A stretch of 64,000 nt of DNA from an uncultured Alphaproteobacteria bacterium (GTDB lineage: Bacteria > Pseudomonadota > Alphaproteobacteria > RF32 > CAG-239), in NCBI GenBank assembly GCA_949297145.1, contig CASFQO010000013.1, forward strand, positions 82,768 through 146,767, read 5' to 3'. The notes under the pieces were generated by a model. It was not told the DNA's origin and did not search any database. It saw only the letters and a program-made list of their open reading frames with translations. The position numbers and the translations under genes are program-made. Numbering within the stretch: position 1 is the first letter of the stretch; each line of letters begins with the position of its first letter. Positions 54,046-63,918 of this stretch are shown piece by piece.

Positions 54046-55551
54046 ATGAAAAAACTTGAAATAAAACCAAATTTTATTGACAAAGCGTTCTCGTATTTTG
54101 CACCGGTTCATGGATTGCGACGCTTGGAAGCCCGTACCCGGATGGCTATGGTAGGCGGATATACCGGAGCAAGGCTCGACCGGCGGCAAACAAAAGCTTG
54201 GCGGACAGCTGACGGCTCTGCGGACAATGTAACTTTGCCGGATCTGCCGATGTTGCGCGAACGATCGCGAGATTTGCTGCGCAATGCCCCGCTGGCAACC
54301 GGTGCGGTCAATACGGTGGTCACCAATGTTGTCGGTACCGGACTTCGGGTACACAGCAATATTGACCGTGAGGTCTTGAAACCGTTTATGAAAACCGAGG
54401 AAGCTTTTGACAAATGGGAACGGGAAGCCGAAAGAATCTTCCGGCACTGGGCGGAAAGCACAAATTGCGATGCTACGCGCTACCAAACTTTTACGGAACT
54501 GCAAAACCTGATTATCCGCTCCTGTTTGGAAAGCGGCGATATTTTTGTTGTCCGCCGCTACATCAAACGGCCCAATGCTTTGCTGGGCTTGAGTCTGCAG
54601 TTGGTTGAAGCTGACCGGGTGGCAAATCCTAATTTTCAAATGGATACGTCAAAACTCAGCGGCGGCGTGGAACTAGACGATAACGGAGCGCCGGTTGCTT
54701 ATTATATATATAAGCGTTTTCCCGGTGATTATACCGAAGGAAGCAACGAATATGTCCGGGTTCCGGCTTTCTCAAAAAACGGAGAACGGCAGGTATACCA
54801 TATTATGAACCGTATCCGGCCGGGATTAACCCGCGGTGTTCCTTACCTGGCACCGGTTATTGAAACGCTCAAACAGCTCGACAAATATTCTGAAGCGGAA
54901 ATCATGTCTGCCGTGGTTTCGGCAATGTTTACCGTCTTTGTCAAGAGCGAATCTGAAGACGGGCTGGCTCCCTTTGGCGGGCAAACCGACAGCACGAATG
55001 ACAATGATTATAAGCTTGGCGTAGGTGCCATTCTGGATTTGCAGCCAAACGAAAGTATTGAAATTGCCGATCCTAAGCGTCCGAATCAGGCGTTTGACCC
55101 ATTTGTTCAAGCTGTTTTGCGCCAGATTGGTGTTGCGTTGGAATTGCCTTTTGAAATCCTGATCAAACACTTTACCGCCAGTTATTCCGCAGCACAGGCG
55201 GCATTGGTGGAAGCCTGGAAGTTCTTTTCGGCACGACGGCGATGGCTGGCAATCCAATTCTGCAAGCCGGTTTATGACATGGTTATCAGTGAAGCAGTAG
55301 CAAGGGGCATTTTAGATGCCCCTTGTTTTTTCTCGCATCCGCTTATTCGGGAAGCTTATCTCGGTGCAGATTGGGTCGGGCCGCCGCGTGGACAGATTGA
55401 CCAGTACAAAGAAATCCGTGCTGCGGAAAAGAGAATCGAAATCGGCATAACTACGCTGGCTGAAGAAACAGCAGCCCTGACCGGCGGCGATTGGGAGCGG
55501 AAACATCCGCAAACAGCCAAAGAACATATGATGCGCAAATCATTAAAATAA
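54046..55551 (+). CDS. Portal protein, lambda family
   Basis: 501 aa; position and blocks (RSRDLLRNAPLATGAV, GVPYLAPV). Confidence 0.85.
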   Translation: MKKLEIKPNFIDKAFSYFAPVHGLRRLEARTRMAMVGGYTGARLDRRQTKAWRTADGSADNVTLPDLPMLRERSRDLLRNAPLATGAVNTVVTNVVGTGLRVHSNIDREVLKPFMKTEEAFDKWEREAERIFRHWAESTNCDATRYQTFTELQNLIIRSCLESGDIFVVRRYIKRPNALLGLSLQLVEADRVANPNFQMDTSKLSGGVELDDNGAPVAYYIYKRFPGDYTEGSNEYVRVPAFSKNGERQVYHIMNRIRPGLTRGVPYLAPVIETLKQLDKYSEAEIMSAVVSAMFTVFVKSESEDGLAPFGGQTDSTNDNDYKLGVGAILDLQPNESIEIADPKRPNQAFDPFVQAVLRQIGVALELPFEILIKHFTASYSAAQAALVEAWKFFSARRRWLAIQFCKPVYDMVISEAVARGILDAPCFFSHPLIREAYLGADWVGPPRGQIDQYKEIRAAEKRIEIGITTLAEETAALTGGDWERKHPQTAKEHMMRKSLK

Positions 55552-55560
55552 GGAAAACCA

Positions 55561-56901
55561 ATGAGAAGTTTATTATCACTCGGCAAATATTGGGCAATTG
55601 AGCCTGATACCTTTAATAATCTGGAAGCGTTAGTTTCAAAGGATGCTCCGGTTTTGGAGAATACGCGAACCGTCCGAATCCAGAATGGCGTGGCAGTTAT
55701 CCCGGTCAGCGGAGTTATTACCGGCAGGATGGACTTTTTGACCTATGTTCTCGGTGGGACGGCGCTTGATATTCTGGCGAAAGATTTCCGAACCGCTTTG
55801 GAAAACAGCAATATTCGGGCAATTATACTTGATTTTGACAGTCCCGGCGGAATTGCTGTCGGACCGGCAGAGATGGCAGATATGATTTTCAATGCGCGTG
55901 GAAGCAAGCCAATCATCTCATATGTCGGCCGAAACTGCTGCTCGGCAGCTTATTGGTTGGCCTCGGCAGCAGATAAGATCGTCGTGCATCCGGCGGCTTT
56001 GCTCGGCAGCATTGGTGTGGTAACCGCTGTACCAATACAGGAACAACCGGACGAAAGTGGCACTAAATGTTATGAAATCGTTTCTTCTAATGCCAAAGCA
56101 AAACGTCCTGATCCGCGCACGGAAGACGGAATTAAAACAATTAAGGCAGAGCTTGACGCTCTGGAAGCACAATTCATCGGCAGTGTTGCCAAATTTCGCA
56201 ACATCTCGGAAGAAAAAATCCGAAATGATTTTGGCAAAGGTGCCGCCATGATAGGTCATGAAGCTCTTCAATGCAGCATGGCCGACGAGCTCGGCTCGTT
56301 TGAGAGCGTTCTTGCTTCTCTAACTGTAACCTCTAAAAATGAAAGAAACATAACTATGGATAAAACGAAAACAGACACTCCCGCTGCTCCGGAGATTACG
56401 GCTTCTTATATCCAAAGCCAATATCCCGAAGTTGCAAAAGCCATTGCAGATGAAGCCTATAATAAAGGCATGGCAGATGGCAACAAAACAGCTGAAGAAT
56501 CCTATAATAAAGGTGTTTTAGCCGAACGTGAACGTATCCTGGCAATTGAAAAAATTGCCATGCCCGGCCATGAAGATTTGATTGAAAAAGCCAAAGCTGA
56601 CGGTTCCGTGACGGCGGAAACCGTCGCAATGCAAATGGTAATGGCCGAGAAAAAACGAGGCATAAGCCATCTTGCCAATTTGCAAACTGCCGAAAAAGAA
56701 CTTCCGCCAATTCCTGAAGCTCCCGCCCCAACTGCTTCGAAACAGATCGATTCCGAAGCCCCTCTGGAAGACCGAGCCAAAGCCGAATGGAATAAATCAG
56801 CTGATCTCCGCCGGGAATTTGCCAATGAGTTTGAAGACTATTTGGCCTACAAGCAGGCGGAAGAAAACGGTTCGGTCAAAATTTACTCAACCCGTAAGTA
56901 A
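55561..56901 (+). CDS. S49 (ClpP-fold) head maturation protease with C-terminal scaffold-like region
   Basis: IILDFDSPGG, CCSAAYWLASAADKI, GSIGV; Ala/Glu/Lys-rich helical tail. Confidence 0.8.
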   Translation: MRSLLSLGKYWAIEPDTFNNLEALVSKDAPVLENTRTVRIQNGVAVIPVSGVITGRMDFLTYVLGGTALDILAKDFRTALENSNIRAIILDFDSPGGIAVGPAEMADMIFNARGSKPIISYVGRNCCSAAYWLASAADKIVVHPAALLGSIGVVTAVPIQEQPDESGTKCYEIVSSNAKAKRPDPRTEDGIKTIKAELDALEAQFIGSVAKFRNISEEKIRNDFGKGAAMIGHEALQCSMADELGSFESVLASLTVTSKNERNITMDKTKTDTPAAPEITASYIQSQYPEVAKAIADEAYNKGMADGNKTAEESYNKGVLAERERILAIEKIAMPGHEDLIEKAKADGSVTAETVAMQMVMAEKKRGISHLANLQTAEKELPPIPEAPAPTASKQIDSEAPLEDRAKAEWNKSADLRREFANEFEDYLAYKQAEENGSVKIYSTRK

Positions 56902-56913
56902 AGGAAAATCAAT

Positions 56914-57333
56914 ATGGCAAAATTAACCAATGATATTGCCCGGACTTATGAATTGGGCGATACGAGCGAATATCCCATGCTCGGCGGAGAAATTATCTAT
57001 GAAGGCGCTGCCGTAGGGATTAATAGCAACGGATATGCCCATGCTTTGCAAACCGGCGATAAATTTGCCGGATTTGCCGAGGAACGGGTAGACAATACTT
57101 CCGGAACGGATGGAGAAAAGACAATTAGAACCAAATTTAAGGGAACAGTTGTCCTTCCAGCTCCCAACGGCGTGTCTTTGACAGATGTCGGCTCAAATTT
57201 ATTTGCCTCAGATGACAACACGTTCACAACAACATCTGCCAGTACACCGTATATCGGCAAAATCCGCCGCATATCCGATAACGAGATCATTGTAGATTTT
57301 CAGGCTTTTGCCGACGCCGTGCCGACAGCCTAA
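56914..57333 (+). CDS. Head decoration / cement protein (DUF2190-like)
   Basis: 139 aa between protease and capsid genes. Confidence 0.55.
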   Translation: MAKLTNDIARTYELGDTSEYPMLGGEIIYEGAAVGINSNGYAHALQTGDKFAGFAEERVDNTSGTDGEKTIRTKFKGTVVLPAPNGVSLTDVGSNLFASDDNTFTTTSASTPYIGKIRRISDNEIIVDFQAFADAVPTA

Positions 57334-57371
57334 AGTCTATTTCCCTCTATATATTGTAAAGGAATTAAAGA

Positions 57372-58313
57372 ATGAGTGCATCTGCATTATCATCAAGAGC
57401 CATTATTGGCTCTTTTTACCGTAGACTGAAACAGGATACGGGAATGAAATGGGTTGCGGCAATCAGCAACTATTTTCAATCAGATCAAGACAGCGAAACC
57501 TATAACTGGCTTGGACAAGTTCCGGTCATGAGAGAATGGGCCGGCGGCCGCCAGGCAAAAGGCTTTACGACTAACGGGTTGACGATTGAAAACAAGCATT
57601 TCGAAGCAACGCTTGAAATTTCAACCAAAGACATCCGCCGTGATAAAACCGGTCAGATTAAAATCCGTATTAACGAATTGGCCGATCGAACGAACTCCCA
57701 TTGGGCGCAGTTGCTGTCAAAACTTATTATAAATGGCGAAAGCACTGTATGTTACGATGGGCAGTATTTCTTTGATACAGACCATGAAGAAGGAAACTCC
57801 GGGCAACAGAGCAACAAAATCACCTATACAGCCGAAGCCGGGGAAACATCTTTGAAAGAAGACCTTTTCCGCCGAGCTATGTTAAAAGGAATCGAAAATA
57901 TCCTGTCATTTAAGGATGATCAGGGCGAACCTTTTAACGAAAATGCCAGCCGTTTTCTAATTATGGTACCAACAACCATGTGGCACGTTGCGAAATCGGC
58001 AATTGCAGTGCCTTTGGCCGTTGGCGGCGGTACCAACCCGATTAAAGTTCTTGATGAACTTGACATTACTCTGGTTCAAAACCCGCGCTTGACCGGTTGG
58101 GAAAACAAGTTTGTGGTTTTCCGCTGCGATTCTTCGGTTCAGGCTTTTATCCGCCAAGAAGAAAAGGATGTGGAATTGCAGGCTATTGCTGAGGGTTCCG
58201 AATTGGAATTCAAAGAAGGCAAGCACTGGTATGGTGTTGATACCTGGCGCAACGTTGGTTATGGATACTGGCAGAATACCTGCCTTGTCTCCATTGAATT
58301 GGCAGGTGACTAA
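57372..58313 (+). CDS. Major capsid protein, Mu gpT-like
   Basis: ETYNWLGQVPVMREWAGGRQAKG ... IENKHFEATLEISTKDIRRDKTGQI match gpT-family blocks. Confidence 0.8.
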   Translation: MSASALSSRAIIGSFYRRLKQDTGMKWVAAISNYFQSDQDSETYNWLGQVPVMREWAGGRQAKGFTTNGLTIENKHFEATLEISTKDIRRDKTGQIKIRINELADRTNSHWAQLLSKLIINGESTVCYDGQYFFDTDHEEGNSGQQSNKITYTAEAGETSLKEDLFRRAMLKGIENILSFKDDQGEPFNENASRFLIMVPTTMWHVAKSAIAVPLAVGGGTNPIKVLDELDITLVQNPRLTGWENKFVVFRCDSSVQAFIRQEEKDVELQAIAEGSELEFKEGKHWYGVDTWRNVGYGYWQNTCLVSIELAGD

Positions 58314-58675
58314 TGGTGAAATATATTGTTACCGGTTCCAAAGTTGTCTTTGGAACCGGGCTTGTTCTGGGACTTTCCGACGAACAAGCCAAAATCAGAT
58401 CCTTACAGCTGAAAAAATCAGGCAAGAACTACCAAGTTCTGAGCAATGTTGAATTTAAAAAAGGCGAAATCATTGATATCGTCACTAAAAATTTAACAAA
58501 AGCCACGCTTGGACAGTTGGAACTGGCAGAGCCTCAGGAAAAAAACACTCCTCCAAAGGAAAAGGCTGCTTCTCTGAAACCTTCGGCTCCAACCAAACCT
58601 GCTGCGGCAAAATCATCGCCGAAAAAGACTGAACCGAAAAACGCAGAACAAACAGAAAAACCTAAAGATGTTTGA
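58313..58675 (+). CDS. Hypothetical protein with Lys/Pro/Ala-rich tail
   Basis: ATGG overlap with the capsid stop. Confidence 0.5.
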   Translation: MVKYIVTGSKVVFGTGLVLGLSDEQAKIRSLQLKKSGKNYQVLSNVEFKKGEIIDIVTKNLTKATLGQLELAEPQEKNTPPKEKAASLKPSAPTKPAAAKSSPKKTEPKNAEQTEKPKDV

Positions 58676-59039
58676 TTTTGATAAATTCATCAATCGTCCC
58701 TGTATCGGAGAAGGCCATATAGAGGGCATTTTCGGCAGAAAAGCCCTCTATATCCCGGATAATAAGGAGTTTCAGCCTTTTGACATTTTGGTTGACTTTC
58801 ACAAAGGCTATCAGGAAGTCAAACTTAAAACAGCCGAAGCTCCGGTTACTTCAATGGAAATCGCGGCTTTTATCAGGCTTTGCGAAATGCCGGAGAATTA
58901 TCCCAAGATCCTGCAGGGAGACCATTTGCAAGTTGAAAATCAGACATTTGACATCATAAACGTGGAATATCACATTCCCGGAACAGAGAAAGTTATCCTC
59001 CATGAGCAATGCGCCTCATCCCCGTTGTATTATCCGTAA
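58668..59039 (+). CDS. Putative head-tail joining protein
   Basis: Position only. Confidence 0.4.
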   Translation: MFDFDKFINRPCIGEGHIEGIFGRKALYIPDNKEFQPFDILVDFHKGYQEVKLKTAEAPVTSMEIAAFIRLCEMPENYPKILQGDHLQVENQTFDIINVEYHIPGTEKVILHEQCASSPLYYP

Positions 59040-59451
59040 AGCCGTTGTCGAGAAATTGAAAGAATCCGATACTCTGGCCAAAGACCATGTTTACGACAGC
59101 CGGGTCAAGCCGTTGTTCGACCAGCATTTACCGGCGCTTCTGGTTTACACCCGAGACGAAAAGGTTTTGGAAAGCCAGTATGACGGCGATGGTTTTTTCC
59201 CCTACAAACGGCAATTGGACATTGCCGTTGAAGGAATTCTGGCAAACAGCCCGGATCTGGATGAGCTGATTGACAAGTTGGCTCTGGATATAGAAAACGC
59301 ATTGCTTGGGTTTGAAATCCCGGGCTTTTTGAATGCCATCATCAAAATGATTTCAACGGAAACGGATGTAGTGATTGACGGAGCGCATTGCTATGGTGCG
59401 GTGCGAATCAACTATACCATCACTTATTACACAGCAACAAATAAGGAATAA
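59002..59451 (+). CDS. Putative head-tail connector / tail completion protein
   Basis: Position; start uncertain (38-nt overlap with the upstream gene). Confidence 0.4.
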   Translation: MSNAPHPRCIIRKAVVEKLKESDTLAKDHVYDSRVKPLFDQHLPALLVYTRDEKVLESQYDGDGFFPYKRQLDIAVEGILANSPDLDELIDKLALDIENALLGFEIPGFLNAIIKMISTETDVVIDGAHCYGAVRINYTITYYTATNKE

Positions 59452-59454
59452 ACA

Positions 59455-59652
59455 ATGAAACTGAGAATCTTGAGAGATGTTCACAATCACAAAAAAGGCG
59501 AAGTCAAAGATATCAAAGAAGCCGAGGCTAAAGCTTTACTCACGCAGGGATATGCCGTGCGCATAGTCAATAAATTTGCCAAAAAACAGACGTCTTCGGC
59601 TCCGATTAAGACCGACAAGAGTAAAATCAAGGGCTTAAATCGTGGACTTTGA
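59455..59652 (+). CDS. Small hypothetical phage protein
   Basis: 65-aa ORF in the operon. Confidence 0.4.
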   Translation: MKLRILRDVHNHKKGEVKDIKEAEAKALLTQGYAVRIVNKFAKKQTSSAPIKTDKSKIKGLNRGL

Positions 59653-60268
59653 AGATAAATACGAAATCGCGGATCTGCGGCGGAGATTGAGCAATTTATT
59701 AAGAATTGGCACAATTTCCGCCGTTAATTATAAGGAAGCCGTGGCACGGGTTAAAATCGGAGATTTGGAAACGACTTGGCTGCCGTGGCTGCTCCGGGAT
59801 GGCGATGACAAGGCTTGGCATGGCGTAGACCTCAATGAACAGGTTTTGGTTTTATCTCCCTGCGGCGACCTTAATCAAGGGTTGATTTTGCCAAGCGTTT
59901 ACAAAGAACCGATTTCCGATGACGGTAATCTTCTGCTCTGGCATTTTAAAGACGGTTCGGTACTTTCCTTTAATCGCAGCAGCGGAGAGCTGAATGCACA
60001 GATTACCGGAAATGCCGTAATTATTTCTCAAAAATCTATAACCGCCGAAGCAAAAGTTTCAGCGGTTATTAAATCTCCGAAAATCACTTTGGACGGCGAC
60101 GTAGAAATCACCAAAAGCCTCACAATCGCTCAAAATCTGACGACTTACGGCACTGTCAGCCTCAGCGGCGGTACGCCGGTTGCCCGTGTCGGCGATGCGG
60201 TTTCCGTCGATGCGAATACCCATCAAGGTACGATTTTGGCCGGTTCGGCAAAAGTAAAGGCGGGATAA
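59642..60268 (+). CDS. Baseplate assembly protein V (spike/hub)
   Basis: LRIGTISAVNYKEAVARVKIGDLETTWLPWL ... LILPSVY, the P2 gpV pattern. Confidence 0.85.
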   Translation: MDFEDKYEIADLRRRLSNLLRIGTISAVNYKEAVARVKIGDLETTWLPWLLRDGDDKAWHGVDLNEQVLVLSPCGDLNQGLILPSVYKEPISDDGNLLLWHFKDGSVLSFNRSSGELNAQITGNAVIISQKSITAEAKVSAVIKSPKITLDGDVEITKSLTIAQNLTTYGTVSLSGGTPVARVGDAVSVDANTHQGTILAGSAKVKAG

Positions 60269-60613
60269 ATGCGCGGTATGAATGACAGAACGGGCAAGCA
60301 CAATGACGGGTTTGAATATCTGAAGCAGAGAATCCGAGACATTCTTTCCACGCCGCTCGGCTCAAGGGTTATGCGCCGCCACTATGGTTCTGAGCTGTTC
60401 AAAAGAATTGATAATCCGACCAACGGCGAACTGATTGCCAACATCTATTCCGACTGTGTCACGGCTCTTTATAATTTTGAACCGGAGTTTGAAATCGTAA
60501 GCGTTACCGTGGTTTCCATTGACCGCGGCAGGATCATTTTGGATTTGGAAGGACAATTTCTCTCCAACGGCGAAGTTGTCAAATTGGATAACATTGAAAT
60601 CAAAGGAATCTAA
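60269..60613 (+). CDS. Baseplate wedge protein W (GPW/gp25 family)
   Basis: LKQRIRDILSTPLGSRVMRRHYGSELFKRID. Confidence 0.85.
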   Translation: MRGMNDRTGKHNDGFEYLKQRIRDILSTPLGSRVMRRHYGSELFKRIDNPTNGELIANIYSDCVTALYNFEPEFEIVSVTVVSIDRGRIILDLEGQFLSNGEVVKLDNIEIKGI

Positions 60614-60619
60614 AGAATA

Positions 60620-61690
60620 ATGTCGAATTCTTCCGTCATTGACCTGTCTAAGCTACCGACCCCGAAGGTCATTGAAGAATTAGACTATGAAGCCCTGTTT
60701 CAGGAATATTTAGACGATTTTACGGCTCGAGATGAGGAATATGACGGTTTGCTTGAAAGCGATCCGGCTATTATTATCCTTGAAGTCATGGCCTACCGTG
60801 AAATGTTGGTTCGTAAAAGAATCAATGAATCTGCTAAAGCGACCTTATTGGCTTTCGCAACAGGATCCGATCTTGATCAGATTGTGGCGGAATATGGCGT
60901 TGAACGCCTGGAAGGCGAAAAAGATGACCGTTTGAGAATGCGCGGACAAATGGCTTTGGACGGCTTTTCGACTGCCGGACCGATTGACGCTTACAAATTC
61001 TTTGCGCTTTCTGCTTCCGTAAAGGTCAAATCAGTTGACGTTCGCAGCGATGAACCGGGAAAGGTTATTGTAACCATCCTCTCAACAGAGGGTGATGGCA
61101 CTGCGATTCGCCGGGAAAGCGTACCAGAAACCAAAATAACGGTAACCGACGGAAAAGCGACACTGCCCGGTAAAAGTATTGACCATCTGGTTGTCAAAGA
61201 CGTTTCCGGCGGACAGACATACAAAGAAAATTTTGACTACACTTTTGATAAAGCGAATTCGCTGCTTGCAGTTACGGTTGACTCCAAAATATCAAACAAC
61301 ACCGAGCTGCTGGTTTCCTATGAACGGGCAGACGTACTGGAACTGGTAGAGCTGGCGCTCAACCATGAGGATGCCAGACCGTTGACCGACCATGTGAGTG
61401 TGGTTTCGGCGGAAATTATCAAATACAGCATTTCGGCACATATTACCGTTTACTCCGGCCCGTCATTCTCGGTGGTCGAGGACGCAGCCAACGACGCTAT
61501 TAAGATATATACCAATGAACGCCACGCCATGGGCGAACTGGTAGCTATTTCCGGCGTTTATCAGGCTTTGCACGTCAACGGCGTCAAAAAAGTCCAGCTT
61601 GATCAGCCATTACAGGATATTGAGACAACCAAATTGCAGGCAGCTTATTGCGAAAAAATCAGCTTAACAATGGAAATCTATAATGGATGA
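60620..61690 (+). CDS. Baseplate protein J
   Basis: Size, order and N-terminal LPTPKVIEELDYEALFQEY pattern. Confidence 0.8.
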   Translation: MSNSSVIDLSKLPTPKVIEELDYEALFQEYLDDFTARDEEYDGLLESDPAIIILEVMAYREMLVRKRINESAKATLLAFATGSDLDQIVAEYGVERLEGEKDDRLRMRGQMALDGFSTAGPIDAYKFFALSASVKVKSVDVRSDEPGKVIVTILSTEGDGTAIRRESVPETKITVTDGKATLPGKSIDHLVVKDVSGGQTYKENFDYTFDKANSLLAVTVDSKISNNTELLVSYERADVLELVELALNHEDARPLTDHVSVVSAEIIKYSISAHITVYSGPSFSVVEDAANDAIKIYTNERHAMGELVAISGVYQALHVNGVKKVQLDQPLQDIETTKLQAAYCEKISLTMEIYNG

Positions 61691-62240
61691 CGAATTCAAA
61701 AGCCTGCTTCCGCCGAATGCTTCAAAATTATTAAGAGATTTAGAGAAAACCGGCAGCAGGCTTTCCTTTCTGGAGATTGTAAACCGTTATCTGAGAAATC
61801 CGGAAAAATGTCCTGAACATCTTCTGCCGTGGCTGGGTTGGGCTTTATCGGTAGACGTTTGGAATGAGACCTGGGCGGAATCTATCCGGCGCAATGTCAT
61901 CAAGGCCAGCATCAGCGTTCATCGGCACAAGGGTACGCTCGGCGCCCTCAAACGGGCATTGGAAGCCTTCGAATTTGACCATGTCACAATTGAGGAATGG
62001 TTTGATTATGGCGGCGATCCTTATACATTCCGCGTTTTTATTGAAGTTGTAACTGAAGGATTTGACATCAACGACCTGACGGAAGTTCAGGCTGTCATTA
62101 ACCAAACCAAGAATGTCCGCTCTCATTTAGAAATGCTGCGGGCTTTTCTGTGTACGACTTCGGAAACGCCCCGGCTGGGAAGCGCTTTTTCTACCGGCGA
62201 AATAACAACAATTTACGGTCTTGAGGTTTTTGAGATATGA
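61683..62240 (+). CDS. Tail protein I
   Basis: LLPPNASKLLRDLE ... LLPWLGWALSVDVW, the P2 gpI pattern. Confidence 0.8.
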   Translation: MDDEFKSLLPPNASKLLRDLEKTGSRLSFLEIVNRYLRNPEKCPEHLLPWLGWALSVDVWNETWAESIRRNVIKASISVHRHKGTLGALKRALEAFEFDHVTIEEWFDYGGDPYTFRVFIEVVTEGFDINDLTEVQAVINQTKNVRSHLEMLRAFLCTTSETPRLGSAFSTGEITTIYGLEVFEI

Positions 62241-63262
62241 CAGATGCCACTGCAGCAAAAGAGTTTTATTCAATCGTTACGCAAAAAGGGCTTGAAAAGC
62301 TGGCTAAGACCAAAGTAACCGGTAAAAATGTCAGCCTGACCCATATGGCGGTCGGCGATGGAAACGGTAATTATTATACCCTGGATAAAAGCCAGACAGA
62401 TCTGGTGCGAGAACTTCATCGATGTGAACTCACTTTAGTTCAAGTAGACAGTCAGTATCCAAATCAGATTATTATTGAAGCTGCTGTTGCTGCCGAAATC
62501 GGCGGCTTTTTTATTCGGGAAATCGGTATTTTTGATGAAGACGGCGATTTGTTTGCTGTCGGCAAATATCCGGTTACATATAAGCCGCAGAGCGAAAGCG
62601 GTTCATCCAAAGACCTGTATATCCGCATGGCGCTTGGGTTTTCGGAAGCTCCGAATATTGACATCTATATCAATCCGCATAATTCAGTGGTCAGCTCGGA
62701 CAAGTTTGAAGCTCTGCAGCTCAAGCTAGACGATTATGCCCTGAAAGATTTCAGTAACGCGGCAGAACACCAGAAACTTCCCGGATTGCAGGGCGGAAAC
62801 GCTACAGAGCGGTATCATCTGACCAAACATGAGCAGTCAACGGTTTCCTCTCTGGATATTCTGATTGCTGGCGACAATAAAGAAAAAACCGTTATTCTTA
62901 ACGAAAAAGGCGATGGTTTTACGGTTACGCCATCCAAAGAAATCTTCCAGAATATCTTTGTCGTAACCGGAAATACTGTCGAAGTATCTGAAAAATACTC
63001 AATTTATAAGAAAACCATCAGTGCTAATACTGCTTTGGACTTCAATGTTACCAAGGCAAGCATCTACCAGAAAGTCATTACTTTTGAGCTTTTTATTGAA
63101 ATGCCAACAAAATTCAATGTCTCTTTTGTTCAAGCAGCAAAGATACATTGGCTAAACGATGATGTGGCAGAGTTTGACGAAGCCGGAAATTATCTGCTGG
63201 CTTTCCGTTCTTTTGATAATGGTGCTTCTTGGGTAGGCAGTTTACAGGGAATGTGGACATGA
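62237..63262 (+). CDS. Tail fibre protein (P2 gpH-like N-terminus, divergent C-terminus)
   Basis: THMAVGDGNGNYY ... IREIGIFDEDGDLFAVGKYP. Confidence 0.75.
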   Translation: MTDATAAKEFYSIVTQKGLEKLAKTKVTGKNVSLTHMAVGDGNGNYYTLDKSQTDLVRELHRCELTLVQVDSQYPNQIIIEAAVAAEIGGFFIREIGIFDEDGDLFAVGKYPVTYKPQSESGSSKDLYIRMALGFSEAPNIDIYINPHNSVVSSDKFEALQLKLDDYALKDFSNAAEHQKLPGLQGGNATERYHLTKHEQSTVSSLDILIAGDNKEKTVILNEKGDGFTVTPSKEIFQNIFVVTGNTVEVSEKYSIYKKTISANTALDFNVTKASIYQKVITFELFIEMPTKFNVSFVQAAKIHWLNDDVAEFDEAGNYLLAFRSFDNGASWVGSLQGMWT

Positions 63263-63864
63263 CGATAAAAACCAAAATCACGCCTTTGGGTGCCGGAAAT
63301 ACTGTATATCCTAAAGATTTTGTCGTCTTTGAAAGTTCTACTCCCGGAACATATACATTCGAAATCAAGAAGGCTCAGTTTGAAGTTACCGGCTCCGGTG
63401 CCGGCGGCGGCGGTGGCGGTTCTGCAGGAAAACATGCCTGGTATGGCCAAGTTGGCGGTTCTGCCGCAGCTTTTAAGGGAATTGTACAGTTAGAAAAAGG
63501 CACTTTGACAATAACTGTAGGTACTCCTGGAGAAGGAGGATACGGTTCAGGGCGAAACGCCGGCCCCGGTACAAATGGTACTGCAACAACGGTTTCAGTA
63601 AACGGTATTACTTTATTAACGCTTGGTGGTGGTAATGGTGGCGGAGGTACAGGAAGCGGTACTGGAGCTAATAATGGAGCTGGTGGAATTCTAACAATCA
63701 GCAAAGAATTGAAAGTTATTTCAACACAACTTCAGGAGAATGGCGTTGCTCACTCAATGGTTTCTATTTTGGGCAATGGTTTTGGAGCCGGAGGTAATAT
63801 ACGTGCCGCCAGTAGCGGTTTGCCCGGAACTGCGGGATATATCAAAGTACAATTTGTTAAATAA
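63259..63864 (+). CDS. Glycine-rich tail-associated protein
   Basis: ATGA overlap with the fibre gene; GSGAGGGGGGSAG, GGGNGGGGTGSGTGANNGAGG tracts. Confidence 0.6.
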   Translation: MTIKTKITPLGAGNTVYPKDFVVFESSTPGTYTFEIKKAQFEVTGSGAGGGGGGSAGKHAWYGQVGGSAAAFKGIVQLEKGTLTITVGTPGEGGYGSGRNAGPGTNGTATTVSVNGITLLTLGGGNGGGGTGSGTGANNGAGGILTISKELKVISTQLQENGVAHSMVSILGNGFGAGGNIRAASSGLPGTAGYIKVQFVK

Positions 63865-63871
63865 GAAACAA

Positions 63872-63904
63872 AAGAGAGCTGAAGTTCAGCTCTCTTATTT
63901 TTTA
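63872..63904 (+). terminator. Rho-independent terminator
   Basis: AAGAGAGCTGAA pairs with TTCAGCTCTCTT, followed by a T-run. Confidence 0.8.
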
Positions 63905-63918
63905 TGAAAGGAAAAAAT

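Noticed and set aside
52129-55586. Numerous 70-200-aa minus-strand ORFs in the terminase/portal region
   Set aside because: They are antisense to strongly supported structural genes.
63375-63704. 109-aa Pro-rich minus-strand ORF
   Set aside because: It is the mirror image of the glycine-rich gene, because GGN codons read as NCC on the other strand.
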